Assembly (NCBI GenBank): GCA_023205875.1
Contig: CP060768.1
Coordinates: 186,001 to 250,000 of the forward strand
Direction: 5' to 3'
Source: Chloropicon primus
Lineage: Eukaryota
Length of the DNA: 64,000 nt
This document shows, one piece after another, positions 11,789 to 23,785 of the stretch (within the stretch, counting starts at the first letter, position 1; each line of letters starts with the position of its first letter). The notes beneath the pieces were generated by a model. It was given only the letters and a program-made list of their open reading frames with translations, ran no database searches and was not told the DNA's origin. A program made the translations under genes and the position numbers.

Positions 11789-13858
11789 ATGGCTGGGCTC
11801 GAGGAGGCAGATGGAGCTCTGTTTGCAGCCCTGAGGCAGCAAGGGCTGGAGTCGGCGTCTACCTTGCCGAGTCTGAAGAAGATTGGGCCGGATGAAGTGT
11901 ATGGCATCTGCGCGGAGAGTGTGAAGCAGATCATTCCGAACACTTCGATACCTCTCACGCTCACACCCAACCCGAGTGACAGGTTCAGGGCTTGCACTGG
12001 GCTGACAAACGAGATCAAAGCGATTGGCTACAAGTTTGATCTCGGCTTCCAACAGGTAGGTCTGCAACAGAAAGCCGTCCCCATCTTGCTTTTTCCTTCC
12101 TTCCTCCCTTTCGTGACCCCGAAGAGGCGGAAGCATACCCTGTGTACCTCCCCAAGCAACTTCAACCCCCAAGGCTAAAGCTGTGGCGAGAAGGAAGGGC
12201 AGAGCTGACAAGTGTCTTTGTGGTGTGCCTTGCTCGCGCGTGTCACCTTTTGCTGCCTGCTTCAGATTCTCTATCCCACCGAGAAAGAAGTGAGGCAGCT
12301 CCTCGTGTTCCTCATAAGCAACTTCCCCAAAGCCAAAGGCCAGCAGCTGCAAGCAGACTGTGCTGAGAACGAAGAGCAGAGCTTGCATGGGAAGGTAGGC
12401 AACGCTCTGCGGAGGGCCCTGAAGCTGGCCGAGAAGACCTCAGAGGAGCGAGATGAGTATGAATCGGCGGAGCTGCGCCCGAGCTTCACGAGCTCGTTCT
12501 GGTATGGCTGGGAAGGCGCAGGTCCAGACGACCTGGTGAGGCTGAAAGGGGCAGAGAAGCAGCAATTGGTGGATTACCTGGTGGAGCGGTCCGCCTTTGA
12601 ACGAGCGTGCGGCAACGCTGGGAGGTTCACGCTTCGGGACTTGCCCCTGAGCCTGAGCGAGGAGGCCCTGAGGGAGATTGGAAACAAGCTGCAGGCCCAG
12701 GATGCAAACGCAATGCAGGCATCCTCGGCGGCCTCGACTATCCAAGCGAGAAGCAAAAGCACGGCGAGCTCGCTGGAGTTCGGTGTCTACGGGTCTCGGG
12801 CATCATCGGGAGATGGGGCGCGAGAGTCGGGTGGCAGGCAAGGGTCTGAGGCAGCTTCTGGTGCCAGCGATAGAACTTCAGGCGAGGAGGAGACTTCGGA
12901 AGAGAAGAAGAAAGAATCCATTGCAGATATCAGGAAGAGGGAGCTCGGAGAGCTGCACAGGCAGCTGGTGGGCTTGAACCAAAGGTGCGCCGACTTGAGA
13001 GAGAGCATGGAGTCAAAGCTTCAGTCCATCAAGGCTACCGAGAAGGAGATCTTGGACCTCCAGAGCAAAGTGAAGGACTTGAGTGGCCAGCATTCCGTGT
13101 GGAAGGAGGCGGTCGCAATAGCGGTCCAGGCGAACAAGGGCGGCGATCTGGAGACCTCTCTCGGTGTGTTGCAGGACGAGATCTCTGCCCTCGAGGCGGA
13201 CATGAAGCGAAGCCACGAGGAGTGGCTCGAGTTAAAGAACCCGGTGCTGCAAGAGATTGAAAGGATGAGAAGCATTGATGTGCAGAAGAAGCAGAGAAGG
13301 GAAAAAATCGCGAGAGACACCGTCGAGATGAAGAACAAGATCAAGAGGCTTCAGATTGATCTGCGCCACAGAAAGAACGAGAAGCAAGTGCTGCAGCAAG
13401 ACTACAAGAACGCAGACAAGACTCTGAATCGGTACACGTACGTGGAAAGGATTGGCGAGATCATCAAGAACGTCAAGAAGCAAGAGGTCGAGATCGAAAG
13501 AATTCTCGTGGACACCTTTCAGGTCCAGAGGGACATCAACTCGGCGGAGGAGAGTCTCCACCGGGCTTACACGCTGGCCGACGAGACCATCTTCAGGGAG
13601 GCTAGAAGCAGCAAGAGCGTGGCGTCCAAGGACCTGTACCAGCTCTTGAGCAGCATGCACTCCAACTTTGCGCAGGTGGTTGAGAACATCAGAGCGATTG
13701 GCAAAATGGAGCGGGAGTCCCAAGACTGCATCAGGAAAACGGAGGAGCTGCTTCGCACCCCGTTTGAGGAGAAGATCCAGCAGGCGAGGAGGGACCTCAG
13801 CAACCTGAACAACGAGATCGCGAGACTAGAGGCGCAGGGCGAACGCGTGAAAGAGTAG
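11789..13858 (+). CDS. CCDC22: Coiled-coil domain-containing protein 22 (CCC/Commander complex); join(11789..12055,12266..13858)
   Basis: N-terminal EEADGALFAALRQ, the junction GYKFDLGFQQ|ILYP, and C-terminal YVERIGEIIKNVKKQ...DTFQVQRDIN. The intron 12056..12265 is GT-AG and in frame. Confidence 0.88.
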
Positions 13859-13892
13859 AATCCCTTATTATGAATACAGAAACCAAAAAAAA

Positions 13893-13897
13893 TGTAA
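13893..13897 (+). promoter_or_regulatory. TGTAA chlorophyte-type polyadenylation signal (example)
   Basis: TGTAA follows several stop codons at short distance: 4451, 13893, 27019, 29160 and 49091 on +, and TTACA at 54809 and 62631 for minus-strand genes. UGUAA is the established chlorophyte near-upstream element. Confidence 0.45.
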
Positions 13898-13916
13898 GAG
13901 GTCGCCGGGCGCGAGC

Positions 13917-15509
13917 TTAATTCCGAATCGCTTTCCTCATAAGCTGTCTTGGTCGCGAGCCCGCGATGTAGTTCCACTTGCCCTCCTCGTCTTCCTCGAA
14001 TGTGTACCCGTTCTCCTTGTACAGCTTCTCCGCCGCGTCGTTGCCAAAGTCCACGTGCAAGAAGCACTCCTGGATCTGCTTCTTGGTCGCGATCTCGTGG
14101 GCGCGGTCCAGGAGCATGGAAGCGACGCCCTGCCTTCTGAACGCCGGGGAGACGCACAGGTTAAATATGTACGCCTGCTTGCAGTCTCTCTGGACTTTCT
14201 GGAGGGCCTTCTCCTCGTTCGGAAGCTGGAAGAAATTCAGGGCGGGGTTCTGGCGCTGCTGGTGCTTGATCAGCCACAAGGAGTTGAGCATGCTAGCTTT
14301 CGTTGAGACTGCCCTGCCGTGCGTGTTCTCCACCGCCCTCAGCACGCTCATGTTGTTGCTGTGCCTCAAGTAAGACGCCGCCTGCTGCTTCGTGGGGACG
14401 TGCTTGCCCTGGGCGACCTTGGGCTTGGGGCGGAAGGGCTGGTCGAAATGTATGTTCAGCGTCCCCACAATGAGGCCACCGTCCTCGTCCTCCAGGGCAC
14501 GGAGGCTGCTCTCCTTCTCCTGGTGCTGGGGAGGGATCTTGGGGACCGGGGGAGCGTGCCAGTGGAAGAACGGGCTCAAGAGCCTCTCGCCGATGCTCCC
14601 CCCATCTCTCCCCTCCCCCTCCCCCGCCTCACTTCCCATGGCGTGGGGACCGGTGTTCCTGTGCTGCGCGAACAAACTCAGTAGCCTGTCCCGCTCCTCC
14701 TGGTCTCTTGGGTGGTACACCGCCAGCAGGCAGAGGCACCTCTCGCCGAGGTTGTATATCCTCGCGGCCTCCAGGCCGGACTGCCTCCTCAGCCACTGCT
14801 CCTTGACCTTCACGTCTGCGCTGGCGTCGGGCTTCTCCATGGGGGCCTCGGCGCTGGCGTTGGCGTTCCTCCTCAAGAGACTCTTCACCGTTTCCGGAAG
14901 CTTCGTGTGCCGAGTCAGGCGCGTCGAGGTCGTCGGGGGCTGCCCCTCCCTGAGGCTTCCCCGCCCCCCCGACTCGGCTGGGCGTCTCACCGCTTTCGCT
15001 TCCCTGTTCTCGTCATTCCCTCCCCCCCCCTGCTGCTTCTCCTTGCTCCCAGCGTTCACAAACTGCTGGAATATGCTCACCCGGAGAGCCGCGACGGCCT
15101 TCAGCTCCTCGCTGTTCCGCGCCACGCGGACCTTGACGCTGTCCGGCGTCAAGTGAATAGGCGCCTGGGGACTGAGGGAGACCTCCTCCAGCTTGGACGA
15201 CGACGGCGCCTCCCTGTCCTCGAGAGCCCTGTCCTCGAGCGCCGCGCCCAGCGCCCACGCCCACCGCCCCTTCCAAGTCAGCCCCCCCTCCCTCCCGTTC
15301 TTGCTCCTCTCCCTCCTCTCCTCCCTCCTGGTCGCCACCCTCGCCTTGCTCTTGGCGAGGAGCAAGCTGTGCCCGTTCACCTTCTGGCACCCAACAACAC
15401 GTGCCCCCCTCGCCCTCCCAGATGTCTGCTGACTCGACCCCTTGGCCCGTCCCTCCGCCTCCCTCCTGGCCGTGCACACCAGAGGCTTCCCGACACTCCT
15501 CATCCTCAT
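13917..15509 (-). CDS. GNAT-family acetyltransferase, probably plastid-targeted
   Basis: C-terminal GNAT core AYIFNLCVSPAFRRQGVASMLL...LHVDFGNDAAEKLYKENGY. First ATG at 15509 (MRMRSVGK), followed by an Arg/Ser/Ala-rich leader. Confidence 0.82.
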   Translation of the reverse strand: MRMRSVGKPLVCTARREAEGRAKGSSQQTSGRARGARVVGCQKVNGHSLLLAKSKARVATRREERRERSKNGREGGLTWKGRWAWALGAALEDRALEDREAPSSSKLEEVSLSPQAPIHLTPDSVKVRVARNSEELKAVAALRVSIFQQFVNAGSKEKQQGGGGNDENREAKAVRRPAESGGRGSLREGQPPTTSTRLTRHTKLPETVKSLLRRNANASAEAPMEKPDASADVKVKEQWLRRQSGLEAARIYNLGERCLCLLAVYHPRDQEERDRLLSLFAQHRNTGPHAMGSEAGEGEGRDGGSIGERLLSPFFHWHAPPVPKIPPQHQEKESSLRALEDEDGGLIVGTLNIHFDQPFRPKPKVAQGKHVPTKQQAASYLRHSNNMSVLRAVENTHGRAVSTKASMLNSLWLIKHQQRQNPALNFFQLPNEEKALQKVQRDCKQAYIFNLCVSPAFRRQGVASMLLDRAHEIATKKQIQECFLHVDFGNDAAEKLYKENGYTFEEDEEGKWNYIAGSRPRQLMRKAIRN

Positions 15510-16295
15510 CCTCCCTCTCGCACGCCACGAGGCCTCGTCCGCCACAAACCTCTTCTCCCTCCTCCTCTCACGGGATGAAGGATGATGAAGGATGAAGATA
15601 GACTCTCTCTCTCTCTGTCCCTCGCGAGCGGGATGGAACAAACCTCGCCAGCGAAAGAGGCAAAGGGAGAACGATCGAGGCCAAGAGGTAGACACCTCCC
15701 GACGAGTCTCACCCCTCCGCTTCCTTGCTCCGCTTCGTCAAGGCCAAGCTAATCCACGTCGTTGGACGGTGAGCAAAACAGCAAAGAGTTCGACAACGTT
15801 TTTCGTCAGTCAAAACCGTTACACCACTTCATTCCTTTCGAGTGACCATTCGTTCGAAAGAGGACGACGAGACGGTTCCGATGACACCAACCTCCGTCGC
15901 TTTGTCCCTCCCAGTCGTCGCACAGACGCCCGAGAACCTTACCTCTCTCTTTGCCGACCACGTTCTCTTCTCTCCCCAATCTGATCGCGAACTGCTGCAC
16001 CTTACACGGGTTTTCTACATGAAATCTGCGGTTTATCGCAAAGCAAAAAATATCGCAACAACACGTGAGGGTCTCGAGATGGGGACCAGCTTTGGGACGA
16101 GGGGACGTTGCACAAGGACTCAAAGACTTTTAGGCGGGAGTGAATGGTTGGACGATGCTGGCGCCCGTGCTTGCCACCAGGATTCCTTGGTGCGGATCGA
16201 GTCTTCTTCTTCTTCTTCTTCTTCTTCTTCTTCTTGCGTTGTGGGATCACTCCAAGCAACCAGGGGACGATGACTTGGGAGGACTTGGATGATGG

Positions 16296-16332
<37 letters not shown>

Positions 16333-16561
16333 AATGGACTTGGAAGGGTGTGCCCGACGCCTCCCTCTCTCTTGGTCTCTCTTGGTTTCTCCCTTGGGTG
16401 TAGAGACATAATAGTGTATACGCTTGTACTACAAGTTTTTATGCTGTTTGCTTCGTTTGTCGTTTTACGACGACGACCTTGACTCCTTTCTCTTGTGCGT
16501 TACCACAACAATCAACAGAACCGCAGAACGCGATGATCAAGGATGACGAGGATGATAAGGA

Positions 16562-19500
16562 TCAGTCCGTCTCGTCCTCGGGCTCCAAGAGAGCCAGGGC
16601 TTGGGACGATTCCCAGCTGTCCTCCTGGTGAGCCGGTTCGCGAGGCAGGGTGTTGGTCAGGTTCGGCCTCGAGGCTTGGATGGAGACGTAGACCTTCATG
16701 AAGTTGGCTGCCTCCTTGGGCTTGCCGCTCGGGAGGCTGAAGACGAACTTCACCCTGTCGTCCACCGAGCCGAGGTGGAGGGAAAGCTGGGAGGTCGACG
16801 TGGTCCACTTCTTGACGTCATAATAGTCAAACGTCATGAGGTGCCTCTTGTTCGCAACCGACGTGGCGTCAAGGATGTGGACGCCCCACTCGTTGATCCC
16901 GATCACAAGCTTCTTGGGGAGCTCCTCGTACACGTCCACCGGCTCCACGTCCTCGTAAAAGATGCACCCGTAGAGGCCGCTCCGCCTCACAATGTCCAAG
17001 TACATGTTCTTCGCCGTGTCGACGGTGATGTGGCTCTCCCACAACCTGTTCAGCCGCAGGAGAATGTCGCACTCCACCCGGAAGACGTCGTCCCTCGTGT
17101 TCACGCTCCTGGCGACCACGTGCTGGGGGATGTACCTCAACACGTCGACGGCCAAGAACCCGTTCTCGGGCTGCACGTTGGGGCCGTAGTCCACAAGGGT
17201 CTGCAGAGCCGCGAGCTCGACGCACTCGTGCTCCTCCAGGGGGAGGTACCTCCTGACCACGTGGAGGGCCTGGGAGTACTCGATGTGCTTGAAAACCGGG
17301 CTGGTCACCTTGGAGTCCTCGTCCGTTACGCAGATCACCTTCATGAAAATGAGCTTGAACTCGAGGAGGCTCTCTGAGGTCTGGCACAAAGTCGCGGCAG
17401 CCATGCTTGTCTTGTTCCACCGCCTCACCGTCTGGCAGACGTTCTCGTTCGATTGGAGAATTCTCGTGTCCGACTTGTTCGTCAGCTCCACGAGCGCGAA
17501 CTGCTCGAGCTTGGTCTCCAGGCCGACCTGCTGCGCCATCTGAGCGGCCACGTCAGCCGCCGTGGCCCCTTCCTCAATCCGAAGCACCTGGAACGTAGAG
17601 TCCTGGAGGTACACTCGGATCTCTCGCTCGTCGAACACCTTGTTGACCGCCACTTCCGTCTCCCTCCTCTCCACAGCCGAATCGATTGCCTTCACCCAGA
17701 GCTTTGCCGTCTCCAGGTCCTCCGCCGCGAGCTCGAGGACGCGGTTCGGGGAGCACACGGAGAACTTGTTTCCTCTCTGCCCCTTGATCCCCAGCTGGTC
17801 GTCCGACTGCTTCCAGGCGATGGCATCCTTCAGCTGAAACTCCCCGCAGAGCAAGGCGCACTCATCGTCCATGTAGTACAAGAGCTGCTTGCCGCACAGA
17901 ACAAAGTACCGCTTTTTCCAGTGGCCGGTCCGCTTGCTTTCTTTGAAAAGGTAGCCCTCAAAGTCGATGGCCTTGACCATCTCTCCCCCAGCGGACGGGT
18001 TCCCCTCGCTCGAGGTCGCGACTTCCCCCTCCCCAGAGCCCTCCTTCCGCAAGAAGGGCGACTTCACCATGCCGTTGGAATCAAACTGGTGCTCGGTGAG
18101 AGCCTGCGTCTTGGCCGAATCGATCTTCGCTGCCCAGTCCCACATCTCTTTCTCGCTCTGGCACGCCAAGATGAACATGTGGACCTGGCCGTTCGCCGTG
18201 AGCAGCAGCTCAAAGATGTGATGGAAGTTCTTCAGCATGTTTCCTGTGATCTCCCTCGGGGACCCATGAATCCTCACCGTGCACTCGCTCAGACCTATCT
18301 CACCCTTCAAGTCATTCATGGAAGAGTTTGCGTAGATCGTCAAAGTTCCGCTGGTAACCACGCAGTACCTCGCCTTCCAGTTCTCGATGCTGAGGACCCT
18401 TCCAGAGGACAGGGTGATCACAGAGCTTGGCATCTGGTCATCCTTTCCGTTGCCCAAGTGGGCCACCTTCCCCCGACCGAGGGCAAGCCAACCCTCCTGC
18501 ATGGCCGTGGGCATCGCCTGGAGCCTCGCAGCAGCGATCGAGATCTGCTTCAAGTCGGCGAGCCACTGGTAGGCGCTCTCTTCGCTGCCCATGGCAAGCT
18601 CGTACACCTTGCCGTCCTTGAGCACTATCTTCAATTTGTGGGCGGTCTGGACCTGGTGGGTGTTGTTGAAGCCGTTCATGGAGCTCGGGTTCCCAGACTC
18701 GACTTTGATGAGCGACTCGCCCACCATCGACGCGTCACAACCTGAAATGGAGTAACTCTCCGACAGTATCGCGCACTCGGCGTCCTCGAAGAAGTGCAAG
18801 TAAGAATCTGCAACCAGGACACAGAACCTTCTGTACCACCCTGGCTGGTCCACGTTGTCTGGCAAGGAAGAGGCGGTGCTCGTTGTCACTTGAGGGTAAA
18901 ATTTCCAAATCCAACCCGACCTGATCAAAGGCTCGTGCAAGTTGCTCCCCAGTTTGGAGTCCTTGTAGATCTTCTGGATCAGCTTCTGCTTCGCAAGGTT
19001 AACAACCGAGTTCATGTCTTCGAGCCACAAGCGCATGGCGTACCCATCTGGTGATCCCAGCACCAAGGTGCTCCCCTTGGTGTTCACCTTCACAACGTCC
19101 ATGTTCTGGAAGCGCTCATCGAACGAAGGGAAGTTTACCTCGCAGTTCTCATCGAGGCAGAACTGGCCAACGAAAACGGAGCACGTCTCGTCCTTGTACC
19201 AATGCAGGTGGTCGTCCTGCAAAACACAAAAGTACTTGTACATGCTCGCGCCTCCCGAGTCCTGCTGCTTGCCTTGTGCCACCAGGGCCTGGGTATCCTC
19301 CTGGGACTCGAAGTAGATAAACATCCAGCCCAGGCGAACGATGAAGAGGGCCGTGTCGTCGTCCAACATTCCAAGGGGGCCGCCCGCAGACACCTTGGAC
19401 CGAGACTTCCTGATCTGCTTGATCCAGTCCAGCTGGTTCGACCGCGTCGGAGCTGCAAAGTGAACCCTAAAGTGGTGAGTCTTCAGAGCGAACGAGTAAG

Positions 19501-22500
19501 AATAGACGTCATCTGGCTTGAGAGTTCTCGCTTCCTTGATGTCGCAGTCCTTCAGCTTGAATTCGCTCCTGAGCTCCACGCAGTCCGACGACACAAAGCA
19601 CATGAGCTTGCCAGGCAAAAGCACGCAGTAGCGGAGCTTCCACTTGTTCGAATTCTCTTTGCTTTCCTTGAGCAGCCAGCCCTTCATGATGATCTCCCTA
19701 TCAAGCACGCCTCCCAGGCCCTGGGACTGCTTCCTAAGAGTGTGCAGGAGACTCTCCACCGAGCCCTTTGCTTCCATGTAGTACTGAAGAAGCTCCGAGG
19801 CAGGCAGATTGTTCAATTCATCGACATCGAGCTTTTGCCCCGTCTCCTTGCTGGTCAGCTTCAAGCTGTTCTGCCTAGCAAAGGACTCGGAGGAGAGGAT
19901 TTTGATCAGCTTGTCTTGCACAAGGTCCTCATCCCCTCCCACCATTTCCTTCATCAGGGAGACCAGGTCGTTTATGTCTTGCTCCTTTTCCTTCTCCGCC
20001 TCTTCATCGACATCCAGCCCTGGTGCCCCCGACGACTTCATCTTCTTCTTCTTCTTGGTCTGCTTTGAAGCTTCTTTGGCCACGCGGGCCTTCGCGGCCT
20101 CTTCCTTCGCCTTTGTCCCAGGCTTCTCCTCCTGGGCCTCCTTCTTCTTCTCCGACAGCTTTTCCAGCCCCCTCTCCTCTCGGAGCTTGTCGACCTCAAC
20201 CCTGGCTTGGGCGGCCCTCCACTCTGCCTGAATCATGACGATAGCCTTCCTGATTTCCTCCCTCCTCTTCACGGCCAAGTGCCTGCGAATGTATCTCTGA
20301 ATGATGATCGTGGCCAATCTCAGCCTCTTGTACATCTTTCTCACGAGGAAGCCCCTCACCCTCGACTGGATGAACAGCAGCTGCTTCTCAATTTTCTTCA
20401 CAACGAGCTTCTCCAAAAAGGCGATCTCATCCGTTGTCTTAAGGAAGACCTTGCTGTTCCCCACTTGGTACTGCCGGCCAATCTGCATGCCGGAATCTTT
20501 CAGGACCTTCGTCGCCGCGACCTTGGGGTCCTTCTGCCGGTCCACCAGCTCAACCAGAACATTGAATCGACGGGTGAAATCCGCGCACGTCATCCTTACC
20601 GCGTAACCCGCTCTCCTAATCCTGATGCTCTCCAGGACACCCGAATACTGTAGCTGCTGCAGGATCATGCCTCCGTTGAACTGGAACGACGACTTGGTCG
20701 AGTTCGGCTTGAGGCACCGTATGTAGTTGGACTGCGTGCTTCCAAGCATCTTGATGAGGGATTCCACCTGGTCCCTGAATTGGTACGCAACGGTGAGAAG
20801 GAGCTTTCCGGACGACTTGGCCTGCTGGATACTCTTGCTGTAGTGCATCACGTCTATCAGGAACTCGTCGGTCGCTGCCTGCACGAGTTGAATGATGTCC
20901 GTGTGCAGCGTGTCCTTGTTCTTCTCCAAGAAGCCCGTCACGTCGTACATCACGTCGCCAGCAAAGTGCTGGACTCCAAACAACTTGGGCTTGATCTTGC
21001 TGTGAATGTAGTGCTCCCTGTCCTTGAGCTCCTTGTTTATCTTCGAAACGAAGCTCCTGTCGTCCGCGGACTTCAGGGAACACTCTTCCTGAAGAAGACT
21101 CAGCAAACCTGGCCAGGATCCAATTCCGCCCTTGTTCTCGATCAGCTGGAGGCACTTGGTGTTGTCCTTGTACTCTATGAACTCCACGTTGATGTTCTCC
21201 TGCTCGTATTCTTGCTGCTCGTGCTTGAAGTAGTAATGGATGAACTGGTTGTGAAGCTTCTCGTTCGCGTAGTTAATGCAAAGCTGCTCGAAGGAGTTCT
21301 TGTCGAACACCTCGAAACCGAAAATATCCAGGACTCCGAGCGTCTTTCTCGTCTCCTTGGGCCTATCCACAGACTTGTTCAAGACGTTCACAAGCCAGTC
21401 GAAGAGGCAGCCGTACAACTCCTTTGCCAAGGCATCCCTGGTGTTCGTCACCTTCTCCTTATCCAGTGGAATCTTGTGGATGGACACCCTGTGTCCCCTG
21501 CCGACGCTCATCGTCCTGTACGTAAGAGCCCTCTTGAGCTCCATGAAGTCGAAACGCAGAAGCTCGGACACGATTTGCAGCTCTTCCTCGCCGGCTATTG
21601 TTGCAATCCTGTTGTCGTCCTCCGTGATTTCAACGTTCCCCAGCATCAATATGGCGGAGACAAACCTGAAGACGTTGTAAACGTTCTCGTCAGAGATCCC
21701 AACCGTGGTGAAAGCTTCCCTGACCGTGGCAAACTCCTCCTCGTCGTCCACGCCGTCGATGTCGAAGCAGCCGCTCTTGTTGATGTAATTATAGTCCTCC
21801 ACGTTCCTGATGTGCAAGCTCTGCCTCTCCTCGTCCGTGCAACCCTTGCACAGCTGGTAGAAAATGTGGTAGTTCCTCTCGTCGCTCGCTTGGCTCACAA
21901 CTCGAGACTTCTCGAGGAGGTACTTGATAATCACAGCGCCAACAATCTCGCTGTTTGCGTTGAATTGCACCTGAAAATACTTTCCGAAACGACTCGAGTT
22001 GTTGTTCCTGATCGTCTTGGCGTTACCAAAAGCTTCCAGCACAGGGTTGGCGTCCAAAATTTGCTTCCTGATGTGCATGCTTTCCCCCTGGGCCCTCTCC
22101 GTGAGGTACCGCAGGACGATCTTAGTGGCCTCCGTCTTACCAGCTCCAGACTCTCCACTGATGAGGATCGTCTGGTTCTTGCCACTCCTCATCTCTTGGT
22201 ACGCGTGTTCTGCCACCGCAAAGACGTGAGGCTCGTCTATGGTGCCGTGCTGATACTCCGATATCAGCTCCTTGGTGTAAATCGGCAGAAGCTTGTAGGG
22301 GTTGACCGAGATCAGAGTCGGGCCGACGTACGTGTAGATCTTGTCCGAGTAGTACCTCACCAGGATGTTCTCCTGGATGGCACCCTCGTGCAAGACGTCA
22401 AGCGCAGTCATATCGCTTATCCCCTGTTTTGCCTTGAAGGAGGCGCCCAAGATCAACACATCTGAGTTCGGCACTGACACGGTGGTCTGACTGTTCAGCT

Positions 22501-22828
22501 GCACCTCGGCCTGGTTCGCGTCTATCGCAACTATCGTTCCTCTAATCCAACCCGTTGAGCCGCCCTGTTTCGATTGGCTCTGGACGTACACTTCTGCTCC
22601 AGACTCGAAAGCTGTTGGCTTGCCTGTTAATTTTGGAAGGGGGACACACCACGGGAGCGAGTATTGCAATGTTAATTATGGTTCTCGAAGCCTGGGCGAT
22701 GACTCTGCCCACGAAGCGCCGTGATGTGGATTGCGACACGCTCGACGATGACTGGTCTTCTCTCTCTCTCTCTCTCTCTCTCTCTTACCTTTCGGCTTCT
22801 TCGGAGCCTTCTTTGGTGTGTATGGCAT
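16562..22828 (-). CDS. Unconventional myosin: SH3-like N-terminus, motor, ~3 IQ, short coil, 5 PH, FERM; complement(join(16562..22623,22789..22828))
   Basis: P-loop GESGAGKT, switch I NNNSSRFGK, switch II LDIFGFE, YIRCLKPN and IQ motifs. The tail has five GW/GY...W PH-like units, then IRVYLQD...AALQ...YG...IGINEWGV (FERM F1-F3). A 40-nt first exon (MPYTPKKAPKKPK) joins in phase via GTAAG...TAACAG. Confidence 0.9.
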
Positions 22829-23347
22829 CGTTCTTCCGCCCTTTAGAGGCTCTCGCCTATCCACACAACCCACTGAAACGACTGTTCGCTCTCGGCACGA
22901 TGCTATCTACGCATCAAAGTGTCCACAAAGCTGCTCTTTCGTGATGTGTCCCACAGCATTCCAGTGGGAAGGCGTCCCACAAACCGCGCCCTTCCCCTTC
23001 GCTTTGGTCGTCTCCCCCAAGCTCTCCTTGAGCCTTCCGCGAGAGAAGACCTCCTTTGGCCTAAGTCAGGCTCTCCGAGCTCCTTACTCGTCCCCTCCTC
23101 GGCCCTTCCCAAGCCTGTGAACCTTCCGTCCAGCCTGTGAACACCTTGGGCCACTCCACCCCAACGCCAACGCCAACGCCAACTCCTTGGAGGAGGAGGA
23201 TATGATGAGGGAGGAAGAATGTTTTCGTGTGTGTTTTCGAAAAGGAGAGAGAAGAGGGGAGAGGAGTTCCTTCCCCTGTCAAGGAAAAGCTCCAACTTGG
23301 TTAACCCAACGGTTCTTTGAGAAATAGAGCCTGATCAACAACATATG

Positions 23348-23400
23348 ATTTTGATCGCATTTTGATCGCATTTTGATCGCATTTTGATCGCATTTTGATC
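23348..23400. repeat. Perfect 11-bp tandem repeat (ATTTTGATCGC) x4.8
   Basis: Read directly from the sequence; lies in the divergent intergenic region between the myosin and the coiled-coil gene. Confidence 0.95.
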
Positions 23401-23785
23401 ACAGGACATTTAGAATTGCAAATGTTGATCGGAGGTGTAAATGTGTGCAAAAGGTGCAAACGCTCCAATGTTTAGCGAATTTTAGGGTCAAGAGGAAGAC
23501 AGACTTTCAGAGCCTCTCCAAAGAGGCTTGCCAGGCTTGGAGGAAGGGCTCCGGGCAGGGAAAAGGTGGGACCTTTGGGCAGGCGCACGCGTCGGTCCTC
23601 ATTGCCACGCTCCAATCCTTGTCCCAGACCATTCTTTTTGTGCCGAAACATGGTTGAACAAGCGAAACGGGGCGAGGGGAGAGTACGCAGTAGCCAACAA
23701 GAATATATTTTACACGAGAAGAGGAGTGCTCTAGGAGGAGTTCAGAGGGCCTTGAGGGGAGGGAACCGAAGCAACTCAGGGCAAA

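Noticed and set aside
16200..16332. (TCT)n and (GAT)n tracts and the many (CT)n/(CA)n runs giving poly-Ser/Asp/Glu ORFs
   Set aside because: These are ordinary UTR/intergenic microsatellites, and the small ORFs over them have no support.
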